Assembly (NCBI GenBank): GCA_051362555.1
Contig: CM120641.1
Location: 15,252,001-15,316,000, forward strand
DNA: 64,000 nt
Direction: 5' to 3'
From: Lingula anatina
Taxonomy: Eukaryota > Animalia > Brachiopoda
Of this stretch, positions 44,701 through 59,200 are shown one piece after another. The notes beneath the pieces are model-generated. The model saw only the letters and a program-made list of their open reading frames with translations. It did not search any database and was not told the DNA's origin. Within the stretch, counting starts at the first letter, position 1; the number at the start of each line of letters is the position of its first letter. A program made the translations under genes and the position numbers.

Positions 44701-45973
44701 ACTAATTAAAAGTGAGTTGTACGATCTTTCTATAACATTGCGCAGTTGTAGAGAAAATAAAGGTGGTTGTTTTATTTTGATGTCATTTGATTTACGATAA
44801 GTCAAATTTGAGGGGCAGGACCATATCAAATTTAGCAACGGTGCTTTTAACGCTTAACTCAAAGTCTTATGATCTAGGTATCATCCCCGTCAAGCACCCT
44901 AGCACTGGTCCAGCTAAAAACCTCTGTTTTGCGTTAAGCATCGGTCTGAAAGGTGTTTAATTTGATGTAGACGTTTCAGGCGTGCTATCATGCAGTGTGC
45001 TATCCATTTAAATAATAACGCAAACGTCATATAATCCATCATTCAGCTTTGTTCTAAGCTATTTTATTGCAAATGTATTACTTGAATGATAGGCCTATTA
45101 AGCCTTCATTGCTTTCAACAAATGTATTGATAGGGCCTACCACTTTAAAAACAAAAAGTCAAAAACTCAGCCCAACTCGATCCCCTATGAAAATGACAAA
45201 AGCAGCTCTTAGTGACTTAATTGGGTCGGAAGTTAAATAAAAAAAGTAATAAGGTACATATAATGTAGTTTCAAGGGGGTTCCGAGATCATTGACACATG
45301 CCGCCAGTCACCACCAAGGAGACGCAGTTCACCAGCCACGCTGTCTGGCAGTTAAATAGCATACACAGGTGTGAATTGAGACTGCAATTGACACCTACGG
45401 AATCACCACCTGACCATAGAAAAATTATGTGAACATCAGATAAGAGGATGAAATCCATGTGGGAATAAAACAAAACTGCAAACAAACCCCACTTCCATTG
45501 ATTACTAAGTGGCAAACTACCCTGGACACTGGTCACCGACTGCATGGTGTCCCTAACATCTTTCCAGTATTTATCAGCTGTATTACTCTACTGAGTCCGA
45601 AATCAAAAGAGGACAAAAGAAATTGCGCCCTCTTCTTGATATCCTAGATCCACTAGAGTAATTTTAATGTAATTTGATTTGATTTGATCGTAAATTTAAA
45701 GCCAGATAAGTACAAAGTACCAAGAATGAATCACCATTTAAGATTGATAACTTACATATTTCATATTTCCCTAACAGGGGGCACTGCAAGCAAGCGCACA
45801 AGCTGCTATACCGTAATAATGGAAGGATAATTTCCCACATGAGATCACAACACAATCACCTTCAGATAAATTTGTTTGGGTTTCATATATTTGCTAGGAA
45901 AAGGGAGGCCGACGCTTTCCAACCAACACGCTGCAGGCTGTTATAGCTGTGTATTGCAGAAAATACACAGAAG

Positions 45974-47625
45974 ATGGCTGATGTCAACCAACAGAAGCCG
46001 AGCGCACCAAAACGGGTACTGAGCGTGCCATACAGAAGACTGTCCGAGGAGGAGGCTCAGCTACCAGCGACTGCATACGGAAACAGACGGTATGCTATTA
46101 GGGAAAACTTGAACTATTGAACTGTATATTTTACGTTGAAATACTGCATGTGTGCTAGCGTGTGTAAGTGGCGATTACGTATATTGATATATTGCACAGT
46201 TCTATTGTGCGTTTGTCAGTGACATACTCGTACAGTGTTTAGAATGTTTGAAATAAAATTAATTTTTTTGCTCGTTATCCAGGCCATTAATTAAAGCTCT
46301 AGGATAACCGTGCCGCTTTAAAATCATATGGAGTACGCTGTAATGCCGACCAGTGGTTATTTTTAACACTGGCCTGTGTATACAGAGATGTGTCTTTTAA
46401 TATTGTAAAGTCATCACAACCTTGTTCTAACGACCGCTGAACGGACTGGGAAGCAGGAGCGTGGATGCGGAACGGGGGCGAGTGGAGGGGGGGGGGCGTT
46501 AAGAAAATAAATTAAGCTTGTTCAGGGGTTTCAGCTTGCATTTTCTTTATTTTCGTCATATTTTATTTTAGTCACGTGCAATTATAACACTGCTGAAATA
46601 ATAATAATAATAATTGTGGGATAGCGTTTGCTTTACACATGCTTGTTATTGATTTCCCACACTCAATGATTGTTCATCGTTTATATTATCTTACATGACA
46701 CATATTACGGTTAATAGTATTCCACAGAGACCACGTCTAATATGGCAGCTATTCTTTTCAAGGCACTGGATAATTTATGAGGGTATATGGACTGCAGTAG
46801 TTAATTCCTGCAAGATATACTGTAAATAACCCTGTATATAATACTGTGCACATTGAACACATTCACATGACCATGTGTCTTTCAAAGTTTTTTTTTGATG
46901 CAAATAAAGTTTGCTTCATTATAAGTTTTTTCAGGTTTGGGGGGGGGGTGGGGGGTGGAGGGGGAAGGGGGAGGTCTTGGTGGATATGATCTGCCAACAT
47001 TTCTGAATTAAATGTTAAAAACTGGGTTACTGGCCATTTCTCTCCTGCTTGTCCGATTGTTGTGGAAATTACACACATATACATCTGGTACATGCACATG
47101 TAACTGACCTTTTTTTGGTGGGTTAGAAGTTATTTTATATATTTTCATTTCATTTAGTGAAACTGGTTCATAAATGCATTGGGCTGTTTCTATCTGACAG
47201 CTAGCATGTAGCAAAAAATGGTTATCAGTGTCATATTTCATCCACAATATACCAAAACATTTATATTGACATGAAGTCAGCATGCACTTTGGGGGTTTGT
47301 CATGCTAAGACAAGTTGATTATTTATGACCAGTTCTTAGCTGTTCACAAGCTGGGCAAGCACATCATGATCACTTTGGTGCTGATATGGTGCATATTGAT
47401 TACTTGGTCATCAACTGGAGGTTGTACTTGTCTCGACTCTTGAAGTAATATATGGGTATCTATTCATGTGAAAACCCATATTTCTCAGTTTTTTTTTTTT
47501 TTTTGTGATTTCTCAGTTTTTTTTAGGTGTTACATATAATTTTTTTGCACTGCTTTGTTTGTCTATGACTGAGTAATCATTATAGAGAAAGTAATTTTAA
47601 ATTGAATATGAAAAAAACGGATGAA

Positions 47626-47677
<52 letters not shown>

Positions 47678-49027
47678 AGGGCTTCTGTATGAAAGAATGC
47701 ATGAATATGATAATCGAGTTTACCCTATTTAAATGAGTAAATGAATAAGGCATATCATTTGTTTGTAAATCTGTGTAATTGTGTGTGGAAAAATCACTTT
47801 TGTATGAATTTATATTTCAATTTGTATCAGTTTACTTCCAATTCTCCTGTAATTCAATAATATTGAAATCCCTCGAGACATTGCTGCAAGAAGACGTAAA
47901 TAAATAAGTGAAATTATTAAATGCTTTGAAAGATGACACATGCCTGAGAACCATACAATGTACATGTACATGTACTATAACCCATCTGTTTAGTTACTAC
48001 TGCATTGTCATCTTCTCGTGGACGGATATAAAGTTCCCTTTCATGATCTTTTATAAGCTATGGCTGCAGGCAAATCACAAGAGAAATTATGTTATTTTAG
48101 TGTTTACAGTGCATACATATCAAGGCGTACTGCTTAAGAAAGAAGATAAAATACTACCAGCGAAGAAATGTAATATATTCTTGATATGAAAATAATATAA
48201 TTTTTGCTGTCTTGGGCTTGGTTCATTCAAAATGAAGAGATCAGTAAATCTAGCCAGGGGTAGAAGTTTTTAGTAATGCCTCTAAAAACAGAAAGTGTGC
48301 CAATAAAACAGGTTGATTTAAAGGTGATTAAAGATTTCTAGAGGTTCTTTATTTTTGAACAACTGGGTGAATATAAGGATTCTGGGTATGTTAATAGAAA
48401 TTATGAAAGAGTTGATAAAATCCTATTTGTAACCATTATGTTAATAAAGCACAATGAACCAAATTGATAATCAAGCAGTTAGTCCATTGTCGTTTAATGG
48501 AGTGCATGTGCTAATATTTCATGAAGCTGATTGATGTATGAGATATATAACTTACTCAGTAGTGTCAACATGAGTTTTAGAGCAATGATGATGACTATAC
48601 TCTTTACTTAGGCTCTATGCATCTACATATTTAAACTCTACATAGCCACATATATGCTGTTCATAACCTGGCAAAAAAAGCAGAAGAATGCTTGTACATT
48701 GTAATACTGGGTGTCTGCACTCTTCCAAAAAAAAAAAAATTCATTGAGTGAACACACATATGTTGGCATATCACCTTTACTTTACAAAGACTGACAAAGA
48801 TATTGTTACAAACATTAATCAGCATTAAATGCAAAAAGATTATAAATTACTAATGTTCAATTGAAACTAATAATAATTCTTCATACCTGATCTATTTTTT
48901 ATCAGTGCCACACTGAGGGGATCTAAATGATACTGTGCCATTCTCACAAAATGCCATGACCCAAGCAATGCAGGCGTCACACAAAAAAGTAACCATAACA
49001 GTAGATATCCAATAGATATGTAAAAGG

Positions 49028-49095
<68 letters not shown>

Positions 49096-52000
49096 CCTCT
49101 GTATAACTGTCATAAAAGATAATATTCATAAAACCTGCTATAAATCCAATTTCTAAATTGTTGAATGGTTAATGTGCTTAAACATTTTTAGAAAATAAAC
49201 TTACTCATGTGCACAATTGCATTATTATGAGAGGTCTGGTGCGATTGAGGACCCAGTTATTTTAAAAGTATTACTGGCAAATATAGATTAGACCAAAACC
49301 ACCAGGTGGCAGTAGTCTCTGCATGTGCACTTCATGGGTATCCACCAACTGTACCTAAAACCATACATACATGTTTATAACAGACCCTAAAGTTTCTTGT
49401 CATTAAATCCCTGTACATTAACTTGTGACATTAATCATTGCCTAAACCATGTAAAATACAGTATCATTTCTGTGATTGGAACCCTCAGTATGTTTCCAAA
49501 TCAGTAAAAGTCAAGGATAACGGATTTTCTGATAAACGACTGCTAATACTGCCTGTGCGTATACATGCTGATTTCCATTGGATTTTCACAAAATAGTCTG
49601 CTGATCAAAAGCACTCACAACCAACTGCATTTGATCCAACAATTAACGTTCTCTTTGATGCCAGTATGCTTGTCAATGAAATAAAGCTTTGGTTGCTTAG
49701 TTAGCCTTGTTTGGTGAATTATGCATGTACAGTGTACTGTGTATTACAAGTGTGTATAGCTACTCATACATGTACTATTTACTGGTATTAGTACAGTGTG
49801 TATATCTAGCATCTGCTGCATGTGCAATGTAAATACTGTACCTCTTATGCCAAGCATATGGAAAATTGTCCTCAATAAATTTTATACTTAGTAGTTTGGA
49901 TGTAAAATCATCACAACTGAAAAGAAAAAGTGTCTGATCAGGTGGCATTCTACCAGTATAGGTAAACATGTAATTCATATTTATATAATTGGAATAACTA
50001 CGTATGCTGATTACAAATGCATATTCCTAAATATAGGTTATGTTTTTTTAAAATTGTTATTAATATAACAGTTAAAAAAAGATAAGCATGATAATTGCAT
50101 AATACTTTGATTATATACACAGTGTGTGTGCGTGTGCATGCTTGTGTGTGTTCATGCATGCATGCCTGTGTGTGTGTGTGTGTGTGAGGCAAAAACAAAC
50201 TACTAGTAAATCAAAAAAGATGAGATGCCTGAGTTGATTGCTTCTTGCTCTTGAAAATTTTTAAATAGCTGTCCATACTTCGTCAAATATCAACTATTTT
50301 TAAATCCATGGCTATGGAGAATAATTCAAAACACTTCGGAAATTAAAAACTTAAAACTTAATATTATCTGGCTATATTCTGGAAATTTCCCTGATCTACT
50401 TATATTTTTAGTTCTGGTGAGATATTGGTTTCTGCATATCAAGGCAGGGAATATTTGAAGTAATTAAGGCATGCATGGTGGAAGCCATGATCGAAGCATT
50501 AATTCAATGGCACAAATGAATATCAAGATCCCGTATATAACCCGCACATGTAGATGCGCTTTCTAATGACTTCCTCAGAAACAAAGGCCATCTGTGTCTG
50601 TTAATTCCTGTGTGGAATCCATAGAGTACAACATAGCTAGAATCGAGACAGTGCTCTCTTTAGATATTGTGGGTTTCTAAGAAATAATGAGTATTAAAGT
50701 ACATTATAGTCAATACCTAAAATGCTTCAAACCTATATTTTGTGTGGAAGGAAAGTCACGAAAAAAATTAAGAGCTTTTTTGTCTCTACAAAGAGTAAAC
50801 TGTGAGGAGACAGCTCAGTGAAGCATACAAAATTTTTTTTGCGATGAATTAATGAAGTCTTACAAAAAACTTTCATCAGCTGGGGCAGTAGTTTTTGAGA
50901 TATGGCCAGCATAATCTTATCTTTTGAGGTTCTGCCATATATGTGTGTGTGTGTGTGTTTGAATGGCATCTATTACTTAAGGGGACGCATGTGTGGGAAA
51001 TGGAGTTGTATTATCAGCTGCTGACTTTACAGTTGCAGTACTTCATTCTTGGTCTGCTGTTATTTACTTGAAGCCTGTGACATGTCATGTATGATAAAGT
51101 TTATCCACAGGTAAATATGCATTTAAAAAGTTGTTGATTGATTTTCATATGTTAGCCATCAATTCTTTCTTCGTTAACTTGCAATTAAACACAGTTTAAG
51201 GAAAGAAACACGGATGAGTTTCAGGCAGGCATAGTGCACCATAATGGCCTAGAGGGGCAGAGTACAATACTAGTATTATTTTTTTCTTGTTTTCTTTCTT
51301 TTTTCTGTAAAATCATTTTTACTCCAGCATGGCATTGGGTAATCGTAAACAATTGTCAATAGATGACTGTGTATTGATGAAGACGCTATAGCTAGTAATG
51401 GACTGACAGTGTATGTATTGATCATCAAGATGTATAAAGATAAAAAACATGTTAGTAGATGCAGGTGCTAGGTCATTCCTTGTATCTAAAACCATTTTAA
51501 TGCCTTTTGTTTATCAGAGGATCCAGTTTTAGCATATGTGAAACACTAAGAAGTTCCAATTAATTAAATTTGGTGCAGTCAGCTGAACTAAATTATTGAC
51601 TAATCAAGAACTATGAAATCAATAGAGCCAACAAAAGACTTGACATGCTATGCTGGATTTAGACAGTAAATAGGATTTTTCAGGAGGGGACAGATGAAAA
51701 CATCCATTGGGATTTAACAGTCTTTACCCATGAAAGATATCACATGCTTATTTTCCCTAATATCCTTGATGATGTGATTTCAGAAGTAGTTGGGATGGGA
51801 GGTGATTTAAACATAGCATGCAGCAGTCACACTTTCCCCTTTTTTATTTGTAATCATCACCCCAAAATTAGACCAAATGTGCCAGTTAATGCCCCTTGTG
51901 TGATCAGATGACAAACAGCTGTAAGAAAGATATATCATGTAACAGTATATAAATGTGTTAAAACAAGGGTTGGTCGTGCAACAGGTTAATTCATCACTGT

Positions 52001-53173
52001 ATTTTCAGCCCTGCCTGTAAAGCAAAGATTGACATGTAATGCAACTGTTTGATTTAACAGTTAACAGGTCATTGGGAAACTGTTCCAAATGTCACTTGTA
52101 ATCTTTCCCTATGCTAGCAAGTCAATAGACCAAGTAACTGTTACACATCTTACTTTTTGATATGGCCCCCCCCTCCCTCATACCAGCAGCAGTACTGGGG
52201 TTTATTTCTTTTATTTTCATCTGGAGGACTGGGTGAACCGGGCACCCTGTTTTCTACTTTATATGTGGTGATAGAATCCCTAGAGACAGAAAAGACAGCA
52301 CTGTGGACTGTAGAATGGAGAAACAGCAAAAACATCCTAGATCTAGCACTAAAAAGATTGTGAGTCATCTGAGCAAGTCCAGAGATATTGATACTTTTGC
52401 TATTCTTTGCAGCGTTCAAGAAATTGATGGGAATTTCTTTGAGAACTTTGCAGCTCTGTCATGGAAACAAGAGAATCATAGGTTGCGCACAGCACATGAG
52501 GTAAGTGTTTTATTGCCTTTCTTGTTTACCTATTTTTATTTGCTTTGAGTTTTTTCTTTTAAATAGGAGATGGGCAAGGTGTGTACATGTAGTATTTGCT
52601 TGGGTTATATCAATAGTGATACAGGCAAAACAGATTGCCATTAGACATGGTGGGTGCATAAGTGTCTGGATGTTGAATTTTAACTGTTCTTCACTGAAAC
52701 AAAAAGCAGTTACTGAACACATTTTAAAAAAAAGATTTTATATGATATATTAAAGAGCTAAGGTTGTCAGCTGCCTGTCAAAACCTACTGATGTACATTA
52801 ACCATGAGAGTGACGAGACACTAGTGTTAAATTATTGCATTTCAAATTAAACTTTTTTAGTTTTAAATTAATCTCCATGGAAAATATTATCTGGACCACC
52901 AGCTTGGAGTAGGGGGAGGGCAAGTTTGATCCAGAAGAAATTTGTACATGTTTACAAAGTCCTGATAAGAAAAAATGTTTGATTTATGTAAATTTAATTT
53001 AGCAGAGTCAACCTTAAAAGCTCAAGACAGTTTGATAACAGTTTATTTAAGCATACTTTACTCATTTATCATGTCATGCTTACTCACAGACCTTTATACA
53101 CATTAGTCCCTACAAAAATGGAAACTTAAAGGGCCATGAAAAAAAATTGGCAACACATTGCTGGAAGGATTGT

Positions 53174-53230
<57 letters not shown>

Positions 53231-56200
53231 TTTTCAAAACAATAAGAAAATTATAGGACAATAGGAAAATAATCATAAATAGTTTGCTTACATACCTGTA
53301 ATTAGGTATGTCACAGACACAGTATACAAACATCAACTCCAAATCTGTCAAAAAACTCCAAATTCCAATTTTAAAGGGATAATTAACAAGTGATTGAATG
53401 AGTTTCATATTTCAAAATAAAAACATTTTAAACAACCCATAGAAATAAAAGAAACTCCATTTTACCCCAAAACAGGGGTTATTGAAATTATTATAATGGA
53501 ATCTGTGCTTGCCATCAGACCACATACGGACCTTCATAGATGGCTATACCAGTACCTCCTTAATTATCTCACAAGAGATTATTACTAAAAACAAAACTTT
53601 TTAGAATAAAACATGGACTTACGTTGAATGTCAGAATGGATTCATTAACCAATGGTTAGTATGGGAAAAATGTTGATTACCCCTGGAAAATGTTGTTTTT
53701 TTTTCATAACAAACAGTTGTTATCTCTTTAAGGTAAAAAAAGTGCTGAAAGCTATTTCCTATATCTAGCTATCATGTAAAATAATAATAATTATATAATC
53801 TGTGTATCCCAACTGTGTATGATATGGCATCAGTTTCCATCACCCTTTATGTTTTATGATTATTCATACCAATAAAATACCCACACACAGGCTTTACATT
53901 CATGAAGATGCTCAAACAAGCATGCCTATTTTAAATGTAAATTTACATGTACTGTGTGCATGGATGCACATGCAGATAAATAACAGCAAGTACATTCATG
54001 CACACACATGCACACGTACACACACACACACACACACACTTTACAAAATCTGTACTTAAATTTCAATGTCTTTTATTTGTTTCTGTTTGTTACAGTTGCA
54101 AAGTTTAGAAAAGGGCAAGGTAATAGTCTGCATTTTTGTTTTGATTTTGATTTGCTTTATACATCTTTAGATTTTTACATCTTTAGAATCCCTTTATGTC
54201 TCACTAACATCAATGCTCCTGCAGCAAAAGGTAATCTCTCCTGTAGAGCTTTAGGGACCATTCCCAGACATTGTACTAACTGTGGATCGATCTCCAAGGG
54301 GATTCTCGCTAAATTGCAATCAACTTCAGCAGCTTATATGTCTGTCAGACCTACTGAAGCTGCTAGGGGGTAATTAATTATCGTTTAGCAGGTTCAGTAG
54401 ACGTGCCATCTACTAGTAAGCTGAAAGCAATTTAGCGTGAAACCCCTTGGAGATGGATTGATCCTGTTAGGCATGGGAACCCAGTCTTAGAATGCATAAA
54501 CTGCTTGCTGTAATTTTCCCTAGTAGCATGTACATGTCTAATGCCACTGCCCATGTGTTGGCTCCTCAGTATGAGATCAGTACGCCATAATCTTAACTAA
54601 ATGCTATTGATTAAATGCATGTTAGATTTATTGCTGGTTATTGGGTCAGTCATTCTGGCCATTTGTGTGATTTTGCCTATAAGAATGATTATATGTAGAA
54701 TGATCTAGCTGGTGTTTACCAAAGCCAATAGGGGTACTGTACAGTAGTGATACATGACATGGTAACATATGGACAGTCTTTCTTGGGTTATACTAGCTCA
54801 CTTTTGGCATAGATATGTAGTGTACACCTCAGTGATACCTAAACTTATTGTATTAAACTCTGTGCACAGTTTATTTATTAGTAAGCCTCGATCAATGCAA
54901 ATGTGACACTGATACATCTAGAATTATACCCCCCCCCCCTCAATTTTTAAACACATTTTGAAACAATATGTATATGAGGCGTAGGCAAAGGGCATTGTAT
55001 CTTTCCTTTTCCAGTTTGCTGAATCTGCCATTTTGATTTGAAAAAGGGAGAGGAAGCCAGGCATTTGCCTCCTCTGGATCTACTAATCTATAAACAAAGT
55101 GCTGGAAGACTGAAAATAAGTACTGCATTTCGATCTCCATTTGGAATAAACATTTAGTTAGAAGGTCACAAACTTCCACTGGAGACTTGTGTACTATTAG
55201 CTACATTGTACCTAAACTGTCATCAATTTGAAATGTCACAATTAGTCGTGGCAAATTTAGACCCTGTTTCTGTTCCAGTTATGGTCTGTGTGTCAAATTC
55301 TGTTGATAGTAATATATTATTGTTACCATCTGATTTCTGCAGGCCTGGGATGTAAATGTTTTCAATTCAGTGGTTACAAGGTTTTGGTGTTGAAAGGCAA
55401 TCAGCTAGCTTGGCTTCAATTATATGACCATATATATATATATATATATATCATGAATGTGCTAAAGATGAGTCAATACCTCGGAGCATGATGCATCCTT
55501 GGCTGAAAGTTACGTGTAGGGCCCACGGACCCAACTTGGTCCCTTTTGGGTTGTTCCAGTAGGATTTTCGTAAATGAACTAACTAGCAGGTGGTGGTAGT
55601 GTACCCTCTGCAAGGGCCGCAGAGAAATTTTTTCATTATATATTTCTTCTGGCCAATTCTGTGCACATTTGTCTACTTTTTAGTGCCCAGAATGATGTCC
55701 AGTAAGAATTTTGCACCAAATTTAGAAATGATGTTATGGCCTATGGCCATCTGATAGAGAGCTATAGTAGCAGTAGCCTGGCCCTAGTTGAGCTTCACAA
55801 TATATTGTATGGGATATTCAAGGGATTCTTGCGGAAGTCATTATACACTGTAGGTTTTCATTGGAATTTGCTTTGAACATACCAGTTACTGTATCAGAAT
55901 TATCTTCTTATTTTCTCCAGGCTATTGTCATTATGGTGAACATACACAGTTAATGATTCGATGGTCTTTCAAAAGCCCATGTTATTAGATCATGTCCAGA
56001 GTTCATTTTGAACTATAAGACATCTGACTTGGGAAGTTGCTATGACATGGCTGTTTGTTCTTACACTAGCTTGATACTGCTGGGTAGGTGGTGAAGTTAG
56101 TTCAGAACAGCTCCAGGTACATATATAGCCTTATATTATGCTTAACCAAAAAGGTTACTTATTTAAAACATTTCTGAATTGTTTTAATCGCTGTCAACTT

Positions 56201-59200
56201 GGAAAACTATGCTTTATAACCCATCAAATTTTTGTTTCACTGTAAACAACCTTGTTAGCATCATTAATATTTTAGGTATTCTTATGGCTTGATTGGCTCA
56301 TGGGGACACCAAACATTTAGATTTTTTATAAGAGATTCTTATGAGAAATTTGAAAAACTTTTTCACCATAGTGAAAATTTTTTGTAAGATATTTTGTGAT
56401 TTCTATAGTAAGATAGGTGTTTAATTTATAGGGTCATTAAAAGGAAACTGTTCTTTGTGTGATTAAGATTGATTAATTGGCATTTATGGCCCACTGAGTA
56501 CTTTGCATGGTGAAAAGGCAGTAATTACTTGACCATATTGATTCATCACCTTCTCAAACATTTACTCACTTCTTTGCTTTAGATGATTTAATATTTTCAT
56601 TGAAATATCAATTTTTGTTAGATAATATTTTCTGTTGTTTGACGTGATGATGTTTAATAAGCCAGAAATAACATTGCATGACATATTTTCTTTATGTCTC
56701 AAAGACACAGTTTGTATCATAGTCAAGGTGGAAATCTAGGCAGATTTTGAATTGGTTTGGGTGAGAACTCAAAGGGAATCATGTCTTGGTAGATTTTCAA
56801 TTTGTGAGAATTACTACTTCATACACTCTTCCACTGCTTTCTTAGTTTTGTTTTTTAATTACATTATACAACAGTTCCAAAATATACCAACATGTATGAC
56901 CAAACAGGTACCAATTAACCTGCTGCACTATTTGGGGTCTCAAAGAAAATTGAAATCAAAGTAAATCTTTTCTTGTCATCTAATCAAGACCACATGGACC
57001 TGCATAAATGGTTATATTGGGTCCGTGTATGGGGGGGGGGGGAGGGGGCAAAGTGATTTCCAGTTCATTTTCTGACGAAATGGAAATCACTTTGCCCCGC
57101 CATACACGGACAATATTGGTACCTCTGTAACAATCTCTTAAGAGGTTATTGCAATAAAACAAACTTTTTAGAAAAAACATTGTTAACTTTGAATGTCGGA
57201 ATGGATTCATTAGCCATTGGTAAGTATGGGAAGATCAGCATTTATGTGCACCAGAAAAACCCATCTGTGGCCAAAACAACCATTTTTTATCCCTTTAATC
57301 TCATAACGAATGGAGAAGTACTTTAAGTATTTCTTGAAATTGTCAGTCGATTGTTTAATTTTAAATTAAAAATATACTGATAGACACAATGTTCCAATTT
57401 CAATGTTGATTAGGTGAAACCATTTCCACTGCCTTCTCCCCATCCTCCAAGTGGGCAAAATTTGAAATCTGTCTGGATTTCAGTCTCAACTATGATGATG
57501 TGCCTTCATGGATAAGTGATCTCTAAATATGTGGTACATGTACTGTCACAGCTTGTCCTGTATTTGAATTGGCTTCTCAATGCATCCCATTCACACAGCG
57601 TGACTGTAGATTTATTTAAACATCATATTCACTCCACATTTAATGTGCATGTATAGACAACAAAGCTGAGATGTACATGGCATATATTGTGCAAATATTT
57701 ATGTATATATATGTAGTCTAGCATTGACTGCATAAGTCTGTTGTAGTCAAGTTTGTGAGAAGAGATAAATAGTTTGCATATTGTGGTAACTTATATATTC
57801 ACCCTCCATGAACACTAAAGGAGCTCACATGACTACAAGTTTACATCACATTGTATTTTATTTGAAGTTCAAAACTATATGCTGTAGTTCAAAGCTATGT
57901 ACTTTTTATCCACATGTTGCTGCAGATGGACAAATATCCTAGGTTTCTGCTGTGCAAGTCTTACAAATTATTTTGCTATTATTCCTGATTTGTGGGAGCG
58001 GCCAACTGTATAATTAAAGCTTGCCACTTGCCAATCTCTAGTAACAATACAGCATGGATGGGGAGGTGTGATCTATAGTATAATGTATAAAAAAAATAGA
58101 TCTTCCTATTAATAATGCCTTGGGTCTTTGAAGAGGGTGGTCTTTGACTGCGATTTCAGAATGCCAAAAGCTGCAAGAATTTAGAAAATTCCTCTGTAAG
58201 AGTGTATATAGAGAATAATGCAATTTCAATTTTTGCACACCACCTTTTTTTCCTTTTATTATCAAATCCACCATTACAAAGATAAAACAGTACAATGAAC
58301 TCTACCAGTTAATAAACTGGAATAGTGATATGCAATGGGGCACAGCCAACCTCAAGGTCTAGGTTGACCCTTCATTTACAATTAAAGATACTCATAGGTT
58401 GACCCCTCTATTCTTAGTATAACCCTCTTCTGTTGGTAGTCTGATGAAACCAGAGTCAGCAAACATACTTCATCTATTCTCCTTAGTTAATAGCATATAT
58501 CATGATGCTCAACAGAAGATTATTGCTATTACTTCAGGGTTGGTCCATTTTTCACAAGAATTAGTTCAGTATTGATTCTTATTTATATGTTGGTTGGTGA
58601 TCTTGTATCTACAGAATGCCAAAGCTAATGAAGCAGACCATCCTCCACCATGTGAGACCAGTGTGGTACCACACCCCAAATCACACAAGTTATCAAGAAA
58701 AGAGGTGATTCATTTGTGATCAACTTGTTAGTGCTATAGTGGGTAAAAGGTATATATATTCATAGAAGTACTTCTATGATGTAATATACAGGTATTTTTT
58801 AAAAAAAGCAAAAAAGTAAGTCTTATGTAAAATTAGTTGAAAAGATTAAACGGAATATTTTTGTGTGTAGAAAAAAGCTTAGCTTTTTAAGTAATTGACA
58901 TTATGTATTAATTTTTTCCTTATTATTTTTGTCTATCCTATAAAACATTATTCATTTCCCTTTATGGCCTTAATACTTCAGGCAAATTCTTTCATTGTCC
59001 AATGTTGTCCAAACTGGTACAACAACAATAATATGGCAGGAAAAAAGCAGCTCCAAAGGCATAATGAATGTAACTTCAACACTCAAAAAAATTTAAAAAG
59101 ACCATGATCATTGTAATTGTTAAAACAGTGCTGATTAGTTTACGCACAACATTATTGCCATTCCCTACATGCAAATGAGGGATTTTTTCTTTCTTTTTAG

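Noticed and set aside
46100-58600. Numerous 60-120 aa ORFs in BAIAP3 introns
   Set aside because: Low-complexity or microsatellite-derived (YIYI, THTH), with no motifs or splice-consistent structure.
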